A stretch of DNA of 64,000 nt, taken from the NCBI RefSeq assembly GCF_037042905.1, contig NC_087246.1, forward strand, positions 3,784,001-3,848,000, read 5' to 3'. Below the pieces are notes generated by a model that was not told the origin of the DNA, searched no databases, and was given only the letters and a program-made list of their open reading frames with translations. This stretch comes from Lytechinus pictus. Its lineage: Eukaryota. The stretch's first letter is position 1. Every line of letters starts with the position of its first letter. The translations under genes were made by a program, and so were the position numbers. Of the stretch, positions 28,709 to 41,900 are shown one piece after another.

Positions 28709-31700
28709 GTAAGTTCAAATTATTTGTATCTTCTGAGAGAAAAGACTTGATCAACAACCGTTAGTACGAGAAGAGGTATGTCTGTAAATTGGCTTAGAGC
28801 AAATTATCAAAGATATGTAAAATAATCAGAGAAGTAGACTGTTACATATAAATGGACAAACTTTAGGTTATTGATTTCTATCGTAGACTTAACAATTCAT
28901 TATGTAAATGTTTTCTTTTTATATTAATATTTTTTATATTTAGCCTGTCATTTGTACATTCTGGATCGATTTTGTCGGTCATGCTATTCTAGAACCCTGC
29001 CTTGAATTCAGGTCTATACATGATGAGCACCATTCGCTTTTCTTTTATTGTCTTTATTTTCTACTAATTTTTTTTTTTTTTTTGTTAATTATTGGAGGTA
29101 ATTATTCGAATAAATATAATTTTGTATAATAACAGAAAAAATGAGTGGGGATGTAATATCATCAGCTTTCTCACTGAATATTTATGAAGACATTCAAAGA
29201 ATTGTTTCACCGAAATAATGCAAAACTTTATTATTCCTTGTCCGATTTAGATCAAATTTTCAGTGTTGTGTTTGCCTTGTACTTTATTTGTCCACATCAT
29301 ATTATTGTCAGCCTGTAGTAATCCCGGAAAGGTATTAGGACCAAATGTATATCACTACAAGAAGCATAAAATGTCTGGGAAATTTGAAAGAAAATCGCAG
29401 AATTCTAGCCCCTTTAAATGTTTGGAAAAGGGCCATCGGGGAGTTTGGAGGTGTCCAAACAAGATGCTGATGATCATTCGAAATCATGAGAGATGTGATG
29501 AATTATGGTGAGTTGAGGTTATTCGGCACTACACTTAATGGAAACATTTTATAGATGATAGTCTTCAACGAGTATACCCCATGCCTCCGTGAAACAGATA
29601 AGCTCAGTTTTTCAAGCCGAAATATAAAAAAATGAGCTCCCTCTTCGCGCTCGCATTGATTGTTTAGTCAGATCATCTAATTCATGATACAAACATTGCT
29701 TAGAACGATAAATTTACAGGAAAAAAATAAGTAAGTTTTCCAAATTATGAGCAAGCACATCAAGCTCGCGTACTATAGGGCTTATCTTGTTTGTAAGAGT
29801 AGTCCCTCAACGAACCAACAAAAATTAGCTTTTAGCGGCCGATCGGAAAAAAAATTAATGTGGATAAAAATATCCTATTGACGAAAGTTTGATCCTCCTC
29901 TAGAATGTGTGTAAATAAATGTATCTGAAAGGATATTGCATGACCCAAGTGACTTCTTATACTTTGAGCCAACAAAAGCTTAGGCCTAATACAAAATATA
30001 ATATATTAGTCGTGAAAATCTAAATGTATTCAGAAGCGCTCGCTCGCTCTGTTCGTAATTAGTAAAATTAATAGTTTTCATAAGCTATGATTATAGTCCA
30101 TCGCAGTGAATCCTAGATTCCTAGCTATAATTAATTCCAACTGAAATTTGTTTTTGGATGCTTAAATCAATTTTTTTTACAAAGGGTCCCTACCAAGGGT
30201 GGGCTCCTACGCCCCGCCCCCGCTCGCTCGCTTATATAGCTCTCTCGCCGATGATCTCACACTGTCAAAAAAATTGTGCCTCTTGAAGATTTTGCCACCC
30301 CCCTAAAAAAAATAATAATAAATAAACAAAAGTGTTCTTGCGCGCCAGTGGAAGAGGTTTATGTGTCTCGATAATTTTTCACAGATCTGACATTCTTTTG
30401 TAGATCTGTGAAATGACCGGTAAATGTATATACAATCAAAGCTCTATTATGCTTAGGCCTATAGCTGTATCTCCCACAACATTTTTGTCTCTTTCATCCC
30501 GCTGATAGATACCAAGTTCTTCGTGTTACTCCTCGTACGGATGAACACAGACAATGGCTGAGGGATATGGAGACCAGTATGGCCGATGAGGTTTGTATGT
30601 TCATTTTCCAATCATCTTCATCAATGAATATAGCAGGGAATTATAACAATTCAATGATTTCAAGATAAACTTTTCATGACCCAATATGAAAAAAATGAAT
30701 TATGAAAGACAGAGATCTATTGAGATTGGCATTTGTTGCATGCTTCTAAAGCAAACAAACCATGCGAACGTAGTTCATGGGAATTGTCTGATTAGGTGTG
30801 CGGCTAAAAAAAAATACGGAACAAGACAACAAGAAAGGCTAGGTAACTTGCTTTTTAAAATATTTTTTGACGACTAACTTGCATCATAATTATGTTTTGA
30901 TTTGTATTTTTTACGTAAATCTCTTTGTTTCAACGATACAGTCCCAATACTTTTTTATGTGTTTTGTTACATTACATCGCAGTTTATAGGCTAAGGTATA
31001 TCCCTGGGTTATATATCGGTTAATATCAATGTTGTTCTATATAGTTGTTATAATTTTCTGCATGCTTGCTTTTTATATTAAAAAATATAATCACTTAAAA
31101 AAAAATTCACTTAGTCCTTGAAATGATTCGATAGCGTTATCATAACTCCAGCTCGACACCATATGTATGGAAAGCCAAGCTGGACCATTAGGCTAATTTG
31201 ACAAAATGCAGACGCATGGAATTTACAGGTTTAATCACGGAAGATTATTGTCCAGCTTGGCTTTCCATAAAGATGACGTCGAGTCGAAGTTAAAAGCTTG
31301 AAATTCATTCGGTTTGTAAGTCATTGATCACAAAAATATATACTTGTTAGTTGTTAAACGCATGACTGGTTAAAAGACAACATTGGCATAGAAAGTGGCG
31401 AATCATTTTGTCATTTCGAAAGACGAATATGAATGTTTTTAATAACGTCGGACGTCCAAAAATAACTGATATTGATTAGATGGACAAATGAAACACAAAA
31501 TCAAATACACAAATAACGACAATAACAACAAGAATAACAGGAAAGGAGATGTATAATATTATGTCAAAATGCAATTGAATACGCATTTGTCTCATAAAGG
31601 ATGGTGAATAAATTAATTTTGAATTAGGTTTCATTATCAATCTGTTTTCTCGGTGCATTTTATAAATAAAAATATGATTGAGTAACATAATCATTGTCAT

Positions 31701-34700
31701 CCAGCCAACAAATTAGGAGGAGGAGGATGAGAAGAAAAAAAAAGAATAGGAAAGGTTAATAAGGGTATACGCCTTCTTTTATAAATCTAACATGTAAATA
31801 TAAACATTTATATTTTTCATGTCAAACTGATTTTTTGTTTACGAAAAATGTAGAAATTTGTAAAAATGGAACAAAATAAATGTTTATTTGAATTTATTTG
31901 AATTGAGTTTGAAGATATAAATGAGAACAATGATGATGATGATAATAATTATAATAATAATTATAATAATAATAATGATAACAATAATAACACGAAGAAG
32001 AAAATAAAGAGGAGGAGGAGGAGAAATTATGAAGGAGAAGTAAAAAGGAGTAGAATATATAAGAGTCAATTAAAAGAAGGAATAACAAAGAAAACTGTTA
32101 AAAAAATATTGTGGTTCTGACAGCTCGACTTCTGGTCTGACATCAAGAATATCCCGGGCAGTACAGTGGATATCATGGTACCAAATCGACTTCGATCCAA
32201 CTTGCTAGATCTCTTCAATGTTAAAAGGATGCAAGTTAGCACTATGATCGAGGATGTCGGTCAACTTATCCGTGATCAAGAAAAGGAGAGGATAGAACGA
32301 CAGGTTTATACTCAAGATCTGAGCACATTTGACTATACAATATACCACGATTACGATGAGGTAAGCATTGCATAATCATCCATTCTGTTATCTTCTATAT
32401 TAAAGAGAAGAAATAAGAGATGGTTGATACAGGGGGGGGGCACGCCCCTATGACTCTCCAAGAAGTTAAAGTAAAAGGAGAAAAGGAATATGAAGCAAGA
32501 AGAATATGAAAAAGAGAGGATTTCGTCGTTCAACTCTACTTTAGGGAGTTTTCACAACACTAAGCAGACTTTCTGGAACGTAGAGAATCTATTGTCAAAA
32601 GATCTTCACGACAAAGAAGTCTTTGTCGAAAATCGGTGAATCAAAAACGTCCTTGACTCTGGACAAATGACATATTTGCAGTTTTTTCTCAGCTCAGAAT
32701 TTTAAGACGACCAGCTGTCCCGGTTCACCAATTTTCGACAAAGACCTCTCAGCTGTTACTTTGTTGTAGAATCCCTTCCATTTCAATCGCAAAACTCGTT
32801 AATACCCCTATTATTCAAATGAAGAAAATGACGGCATCTTTAGTTCCCCCTATCGAAATATACTAGTGCTACCCCAGGTTGGCTTTCTTCTTCTTCCCTT
32901 TCTTTGTTTGGTTTCGCTGGCAACAGTCAAGAAATTACAATTTTTGCCAATACATACATGTAAGTAGATTATTTACCAGGTCGACGTTACATATCTTTAA
33001 CAAGCTTTGTATTCACGATACAATACTTAAGTAGGTAGGACTCGCGAGTCCGTTCTAGGAAACGGGATTATTTAAATGATTCAGGACTTGTTTCAAATAT
33101 ACCCCTCTTTTTAAACACCCATCACCGTTTCACCCTAATCACTTCCACTTTTATTTAGAGCGGCTACCTTTAAAAAAAAAGTATAATATTAGATAGAATA
33201 ATATATTTTTGGAGAAATTATTAATAAACCCCAACTTTCGAGTTTATCCTTTATTGGTTTCCATCTTTTTTTCTTCATCTTTTGATTGCATAATGTTTTA
33301 AATGCAATGATGGCTTTACTTAACTAATGAATCTTTCTTCACAGATCCAACAATGGGTTGTAGATATTGTTAACGAATATTCAACAATCGCAACCCACTT
33401 CGAACTCCCTAAAACATCGTACGAAGGTAGAACTATCTCTGGCATTAAGGTAAGAAACAGATTTGATGTAACTATTGTGCATGGTCACTCATAATTAAAA
33501 AAAATTATATGATGATAAGAAATAATGAGATAGATGATTCGACTTGTGTTGCAATGTAAATACTTGGAAGTTAATATTCTTTGTAGGGAATAATAACTAT
33601 TGCACATGTATGATCTATTAAAAATATACTGAACTTAAATAGGCATGTTTAGAATAGGCATAATTATATCCTTTTGTCATGTCACTGGAATGTTAATGTA
33701 GATAAGGTGATGTGTTCATTGCTCTCTTGCGCATAAAGACAAGTTAAATAGACTCTTATAAGATTGTGGCGTTAATTCAAACAGAAAAAATATTTATTTC
33801 ATATTAAAAAAACGCAGTGTAAAAAGAAATGTCCCCGTCTCGACCCCCCCTTCCCAATCCAACAGTTTTCTCTGTGTTTTAAGTGCATGCTTGATACAGT
33901 TCGTTTGTTATTATTTGAGAATGACAGATTATTATCTGCAATCAGGATAACTTTGGTATATTCTTTAAAGTATTTCTGTTAATTCCTTCGAATGGATGAT
34001 TAACGAATTCATTTTGAATTTGTAAATCTTCAAATAATGCAGATCGCAGTAGCCATTTAATAAAGTAGGCTATAGTCTACCCTAAGCACTCGCGTACTAA
34101 GGGGGGGGGTGTCACCCTAAAAGGAAGAAAAAAAAAGAAAATGAAACGGTAAGGGTGCAATAAGTAAAATAAAAAAATCGCAAAATAAGATTTTTTATAT
34201 AAAGGGTCAAATTGATGTTCGCTCGCTAAATTTATACCCCATCTATCAATAGCTTGCATGAAAAAAACTTCAATTTCTCTTATAGATCCGAGGAACAGGT
34301 GGGGATTCAGGCACTCGTAAAGGGGTGTACTTTGAAGGAGGTATCCATGCCAGAGAATGGATTTCACCGGCTACACTCATGTACATCACAAAATTAGTAA
34401 GATTGAAATTATTGTGATATATTTTATTTACTGATCTTAACAGCCGGTAGGCTAATTACATTTGGTTAATAATAGGACCCCTTTCTCACCTACGTTCTTA
34501 AACTATAGTTTAGTGGAAACCAATTTAACTGTAATCTGGTAATGGGGTCGTTCGAAGCGGTCTTGAAAACCAGTTTGGAAAACCATCTCGCGATGTCGTA
34601 GAAGTGGAAAGAGAGAAAACGGTAAAGCCGGGAAGAGAAATCACTCTAATTCCAAGAATTTTAAATAAATCCAGATTCGGCTGTGAATAGTGACCAGCCG

Positions 34701-35903
34701 AATATTAGATTTAGATTTAAACCTTGTTTATTTAAATATAAATCTAAAAGATTTGAATTTAAATATTTTGATATTTAAAATTTAATCCTTAAAGAGACGG
34801 AAAGAGACGGGGTTACAATGCTCAAGGGAAAGGAATGATGATGGATAGAAAGATGAGGTGAGAGAAAACAAATATGATAGAATGATAGACCAAGATGGAA
34901 GAAAATAGAGGAAGAAAGATGAGGAAGGATTTAGTGGATTAATGAAACAGAAAGGGAGAGGAGGGAATGTGAAAAATTACTTGTATACGAAATTTCACTA
35001 TTCATGGTTTATTTCAATTGTTTTTCGCAGCCAGTGGTTTCATTGCACACAATTTATATTTAAAGAAACCTATACATAATCATGATGATAGGTATAACAT
35101 TAAAATCCATGATAAAATGTCACATGAACAATCAAATAAACGTGATCAGATTTTTTGTTTAATCCCGATGGAGAGAAATGACAATATTAATCATTTCGAG
35201 GTAGTGATTGTGATCAATTTCGACGTGGAAGAGCATGGATTGCTATTTAATATCATTAAAAAAAAATCATATTTCAGATCGTAAAATTTTGAATAATGTA
35301 TGAATAAAAAATGATATTAGAAAATAGTGTTTTATGGTTATTGACTAAACAATGCTGATAAACCAATATATGACATTAAAGGTTTGAAGAGTAACGAACA
35401 CTGTAGATATGATCTTAATCAATACTGTTCTTTTGTTTCCTGTAGCTTCTTGAAGACTATATGGCAGGTGATGCTACAGCCCTAAGGTTCTTTGACACGT
35501 TAGACTGGTACATTGTACCTTCTCTCAACGCTGATGGATACACATATACCAGAACAGATGTAAGATTTCCTTTCACAACAATTAATCATCATTAACATTA
35601 ATCACTCTAATGATATATTCGACATACAGTATGTACTACTACAATTGAAGCCTACAGATGGGACAGCGGTCCTAAAACCAGAAGGTCATTTGTTCGAATC
35701 CTACCTTGGCGGAATTAATTTCCTTTTGCCAGAAATTAGCCCGTATCATATGTTACGTAATAAATGGGGACTTGGCAGAATTATATTCTCTATTTTAATA
35801 TATAAAAACATATCTATACATACATATATACATACATACATATAAACATGTATACATATATAAAAATATATACATATATATATGTATATATATATGTATA
35901 TAT

Positions 35904-35939
<36 letters not shown>

Positions 35940-38900
35940 TTGTAATTAGTTGTAAATATTGTAATTTGACCTTGATTATGACTTCATGATTTAATAAAAA
36001 ATGCAAAAAAAAAAGAAATTGAATCATTGAGGTACAATCTTGGTAACAGCAGCATCAGTACCGATAATAATATATATTACATCATTTTGTCTATCATTTT
36101 TACCTTTAGGATCGGTTATGGCGCAAGACCCGCTCAAATAACGAGGGCACAGGTTCTGGTTGCATGGGAACAGATCCTAATAGAAACTGGCCATATGAAT
36201 GGGGAGGTAAGACTATCATAATGATAATAATAATATAATAATGATGATATTATTAATAATGATAACATTTTAATTCAATTCAATTCAATTTTATTTGGCA
36301 AATTAAAACAATCAAGAAGTTACAAAGTAAACAAATACAAAAGAATGAGCCAGGACCTCTGAAAAAGCATCCTGTGCTTATATTTGAGGCCCTAAATGAC
36401 AATTGAGAAAAACAATAAAATACAAAAAATAACATTAAAATAACTTTGTTTAAAAACGAAAGTATTAGCTAAAGGCCTGCACACTATTTACCTATAAAAA
36501 AGCACATACACCCGCAAACACACATTGCAACATAAGAATAAGGAAAGTGAGAAAGAATAATTAGATAAGAGAGGAATAATAGAATCATAGTAAGAGTGAG
36601 AGCGAGAAAAGAGGATAAAATGAAGGGAAAAAAAGGAGTCTATTATACTCAGCCAAGGATGATAGTTTTTCGAAAATTGATCGTTTCAGTAATAGTCTGA
36701 AACGAGTGAGTGTTGAACATGACTTAGATTGTTGCACAGTGAGTTCCATTCATGAACACCTGTGTACCGGATAGAATGAGTTTGCATTGTTAAATGAGTA
36801 AAAGGAACACAAAGATTATTTCGCATACGTGTGTGGTAACTATGGAAGAAACAATTGGTTTTAAACATATTATCAAATATATTGGGTAGAATTCCTCTGT
36901 GGTACTTAAACATAAATACAGATATATTTAGTTTTACAAGATCATATATAGGAATAATTTTTAGATTAAGAAATAATGGTCGACTGGGACTACAAAAGTC
37001 ACTCTTTGTTATTAATCTTAGTGCTCTTTTCTGTAAAATAAAGAGTTTCTCTATATTAGTCTTATACGTTTTACCCCATGTCTCAATACAATAGTTAAGG
37101 TGTGGCAAGATTATAGCATTATAAATGTTAATTAATATTTTACCAGGTAGACAGTACCTGATAAAACACCAATACTTCTTGAAAGCTTAGAACAAATATT
37201 AAGAATATGATACTTCCAGTCAAGTGACTCATGTACCAATACACCTAAAAAACTTAATGATTCATTTCTAGAAATAACAGTATTGTCAATTGTTATTGGC
37301 TCGGTATTCAATGGAATTTTTTAAAGTTTAGAATGGAAAATAATATACTTTGTTTTCTTAAAATTTAAGACAAGTTTGTTACATGCAAACCAGTCATTCA
37401 ACATGTTTAATTCTTTGTTCATTGTAGCTGTAAGAGTAAAAATATTTTTATGTGAACCAAAAACAACAGTATCATCAGCAAAGAGTGAAAATTTCAATAA
37501 ATTAGAAGATTTCATGATATCATTAACATATATTAAAATAGGAGGGGCCCGAGCACGGAACCTTGTGGTATACCTAAATTAACATCTAATTTAACAGATT
37601 CGACACCATCGACCACCACAAATTGTTTTCTATTTAATAAGTAACTTTCAAACCATTGTAAAGATAAACCTCTGATTCCATATAAACTTATTTTTTTTTA
37701 AAGAATGTGATGATCGATGGTGTCAAATGCTTTCGACAGGTCCATAAAAACTCCACAACAAAAGTTGCCTTTCTCTATTTCATTTAAAATATAATCAGAA
37801 AAACATATCACACTTAAAGAAGTGGAATAATTCTTCCGAAAACCAAACTGTTCCTGTATTAAAATGTCCTTTTTAGTAAGAAAATCAGTTAGTCTGTTAA
37901 ACATTATTCTTTCAAGTAATTTGGAAAAATTGGAAGGAGTGCAACAGGTCTATAATTTTCAATTTAATCTGGATTTTCCTTTTTAAACAATGGCACAACC
38001 TTTGCTATTTTTAGTTTTTCAGGCACTGAACCAGTACTCAGAGACATATTAAAATATTACATAACGGCAGAGCAATATAATGTATATATTCTTTGATAAT
38101 TTTTGGTGATATTCCATCAGATCCGTTAGCCTTTGAAGATTTAATGAAGGAAGAAATTTGAATTAATTCATGAACAGTTGCAGGTTTAATAAAGAATGAT
38201 TCAGGAGTTCGGAATGAAAAATAATCTTGAAAAGAGTGCGAAGGATTTGATATTGACTTTGATAATTTTTTACCAATATTAACAAAATAGGAATTGAATT
38301 GGTTTGCTATATCGAACTTGGATGAAAATTTCACATTTTCAAGATACATTTGCTTTGGTAATGCATGATGTTTTTTTATTACCTAATATATCATTAATAT
38401 GTCTCCAAGTTTTCTTCATATCACCTTGGATTGATGAAAAGATATCATTGTAATATTTATATTTGGAATAACGAATAATACTTATAAGCTTATTTTTGTA
38501 GTTCTTATATTTCATAACATGATGAGAATTTGTATTTTTTAGACTTATTTTATACAATTTATTCTTACGACTTATGGATTTAAGTATGCCCTTAGTAATC
38601 CATGGTTTCTTAAATTTAGACAAATTTTGTTTATTACAAACTGTCTGAAGTGGAAAACATGAATCATATGCATAAGAAAATTTTTCAAAAAAATTAATGT
38701 ACATTTCATTAACATTAGCACAGTTTTCAGTACAAGACCAATCAATATTTTTCAATTTTTCTTTAAATGACAGTATATTTGCATCATTAATTAATCTCTT
38801 TTGAAATGATTTTTTTCCTTTGGTGGTAGTTATGTTTTATTGTTTCATTTTTCAAAATAGAAAATATTGGGAAGTGATCGGAAATATCATCATATATGAT

Positions 38901-41900
38901 TCCACTGTGGATCTTTTTGTCAAGTGAGTTAGTATAAATATTATCAATTAAAGAAGCCCTATTTGCTGATATACGAGTTGGTTTTGATATCAAAGGATAC
39001 ATGTTGAAAGTATGCATCATATCTAAAAATTCATTTGTCTTACTATGTGAACTATAATTAATTAAATTTATATTGAAGTCACCCATTATGTATATTTCTT
39101 TCTTTTCACTTCCCAATATTTCCAGTACATTATTCATTGATACAATAAAATCAGACATGTCACTATTCGGTGGTCGATATATGCATGCTACAACAATTGA
39201 TTTGTTACCATGAGTAATTTCAATAAAAAACATTTCGTAATTATTTGTTATACATAAAAGATCGCTACGTAGCGAATAATCAAAGTCATTTTTTATATAC
39301 AATGCGACTCCACCGCCAACTTTGTTCTGTCTACACAAGTGAACAAGATTATAGTTTGTGATATTATATAAATTTATATTTGTATTGAGATTAAACCAAG
39401 TTTCAGATACTGCTATAACACTAAAATTAAAATCGAGCGATGATAATAGTGCGTTAAAATGATCGAAATATCTCTGAAGACTTCTGGCATTAACATGAAA
39501 AAGTGAGAAGTTTAAGTAATCTTTTGCATGTTTAGTATAGAAATCTTCGCAAAACATATAATTACACTTTTCAGTAAAACCAGTTTCAGGGAAACTATTA
39601 TCACTATCATCCGAGTTGCCTTCTACATAAAACGATTGATCAATTGAAGAATCAATAAAAAATGGATTAATTTTCAAGCTTTGTATTTTGTCAACGTTAA
39701 TATTTTGAGATATGTGAAAGTAATGATAAAGTGTGAAATGAAATTCACTGTCATCGCAAATGTGATTAAATGGCAGAATATCTGAGATACAATCAATACA
39801 AATCCATGACTGAGTAGAAGAATTAGTATTGCAATTCATACACACACTCATTCACACTAGAGGCCTTTCCAATACAAAAGAGGTGATTATATATTTATTA
39901 TTAAAAAAAAATCAAGATCAAAGGTAGAATTCAAACTAAGGTAGATGGAGTAGCTTGGACAATATTTATGTTCATGAGTAGCAAAAAAAATGAGGGCAGA
40001 CAAAATAATTATAGCTTAATTATAGTTATAAGATAGGAAATTAAAAATTACTCAAGTCTCAAAACACTAATTTGCATGTGTTAAAAATTCAGTCTCCATT
40101 ACTTGTTCCTTACTGCCAGTAAATAAAAGTCTATTATCTTGCTGGTTTCAATGCATTTTTTTTGTTACATAGTAATGTAATGTTTAATTCAGTTCAATCT
40201 GTGAAAATAAAATTTATTAATTTTCTCATTCAAAAAAAGAAATAAAACCCAAATCAGAACAAAATAATTATTTTACTTTCTATTCAATCTGTCAGTTAGA
40301 GTTCTTTAATATATCATATTCAATAAGGAAAAAAAAATTGATGCCCTGATAAGGCTTTACTGCATCTTTAATTGATGACTTCATTTACTTCCAAATAGAG
40401 ACCAACAAAAGAAAAGAAAAAAAATATATACAATGTTCAGTACATGTTAAAACAAATTATTTTACATCATAGTACATTCTGTTCAGTCTTTCATATTTTG
40501 TTCATAGTCAATGTTCTTCATTTCATTATGTTAGTTTCTTGAGATCTTCTTCATTTGCGATTATTTTTGTAACAGATTTTCCTCCAGATGCAGGCAATAG
40601 AACAAAGATGTGGCCATCAGAAGACCACGCTGACTGAACAGCTTCACATTTTCGAGCTTGAGCAAGAAGAATCTGATTCCTGACAGTAAGATCTTCTGTT
40701 ATGGAGATCCCAGATCTTTTCAACTTTCTCCTGTTCTAAAGAATTTCTTTCTTTTTCTTGTAGGAAGTAAGTTTCACAATAATGGAACGAGGTCTTGATT
40801 TCCTTGCCGACGAAGCTCCTTCAGACTCTTTCTGATGTTTCCCTGTGCGGTGTGATCTGTCGATGTCCTTCGCTGGGTCCAACGAAACACCGAGTTCCTT
40901 TGTGATGATATCTGTAACAATGTCATCTGTGCTTTCTCCTTTCTTTTCTTCCTTGCCAAAGATCCTGATGCATGATCTTCGGGAGTACTGTTCCATGTTA
41001 TTTGCTGCATTCACCAGAGAAGATATTTTCTCACTACATGTCGAAACCTTTGTTTGCAGCTTGCTGATTTCCTCATCCTTCTTTGTTAGTTTGTTTTGCA
41101 GGTCAAATACATCAGATTGCAGGGTTGCTAACTGTTGAAGTTTTTCATCAAGTTTCTTTTCAATAGCATTGCTAACAATTGAATCAAGTAGTCTAATAAA
41201 TTCCTATTTCTTCAGCAGGTCTTTCATAACTTGGCTAGTGATAGCTGCTGTCTGTCTTGTGTTCAACGAAGCATTAGATCCTGACATGATGGTATAGTTA
41301 CAGAAATATGAAGAGTTCAACACCAACAAAATGTATAGATGGGACTAGAGTAAAAAAGCAAAATAATCTCCACACTTGCCTGAATTTCTATATCCAAAAA
41401 CTACTCCAAATGGCAAAAAAGACTACATTTCCTAGATATCCAGCACCATGCTATTTCATAATCATTCAAAATTCAAGAAGTTCAAAGCTCTTTTTCTAGC
41501 GATTACTAGTAATTAGTCCTGGAATTCTCCTGTGAGTGAACCCTGCAAGTTAGCTCCATATCTGAAATAATAATGATGATATTATTAATATCAATTATAA
41601 TTTTAATATGATGATAATAATAATAGTAATAATATAGTAATTATAGTACACGCTAAATAATTATAGTTGGGCAACATACTGTCCACACAACTTTTGGTCA
41701 AAATCTGTCCAAATTTGGTAATAACAACTAATTAGTGGGTAATAAATGTGCTCAATTGGATAATAATTGCCCAGTTTATACATATATATACATATATGTG
41801 TTTATATATATATATTTACCAACAGGCGTTACCCAACACAGTGGACAGTATGCCGCCCAACATTTTAAGGTGTGTAACAATAATAATAATAATAATGGTA

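Larger units (their letters stand above)
36272..41566 (-). mobile_element. Full-length, disrupted non-LTR retrotransposon (Crack/L2/CR1 group) in intron 7 of copy 2
   Basis: ORF1 ~41287-40526 (coiled coil, [31 protein letters not shown]). ORF2 from 39851 to ~36690: WxCxxC remnant, APE endonuclease (HVNARSL, VSETW, GGGV, IYRPP, MGDFN, IDNI, SDHFP), RT ([26 protein letters not shown]). AATAAA+(TTGAA)n tail; absent from copy 1. Confidence 0.95.
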
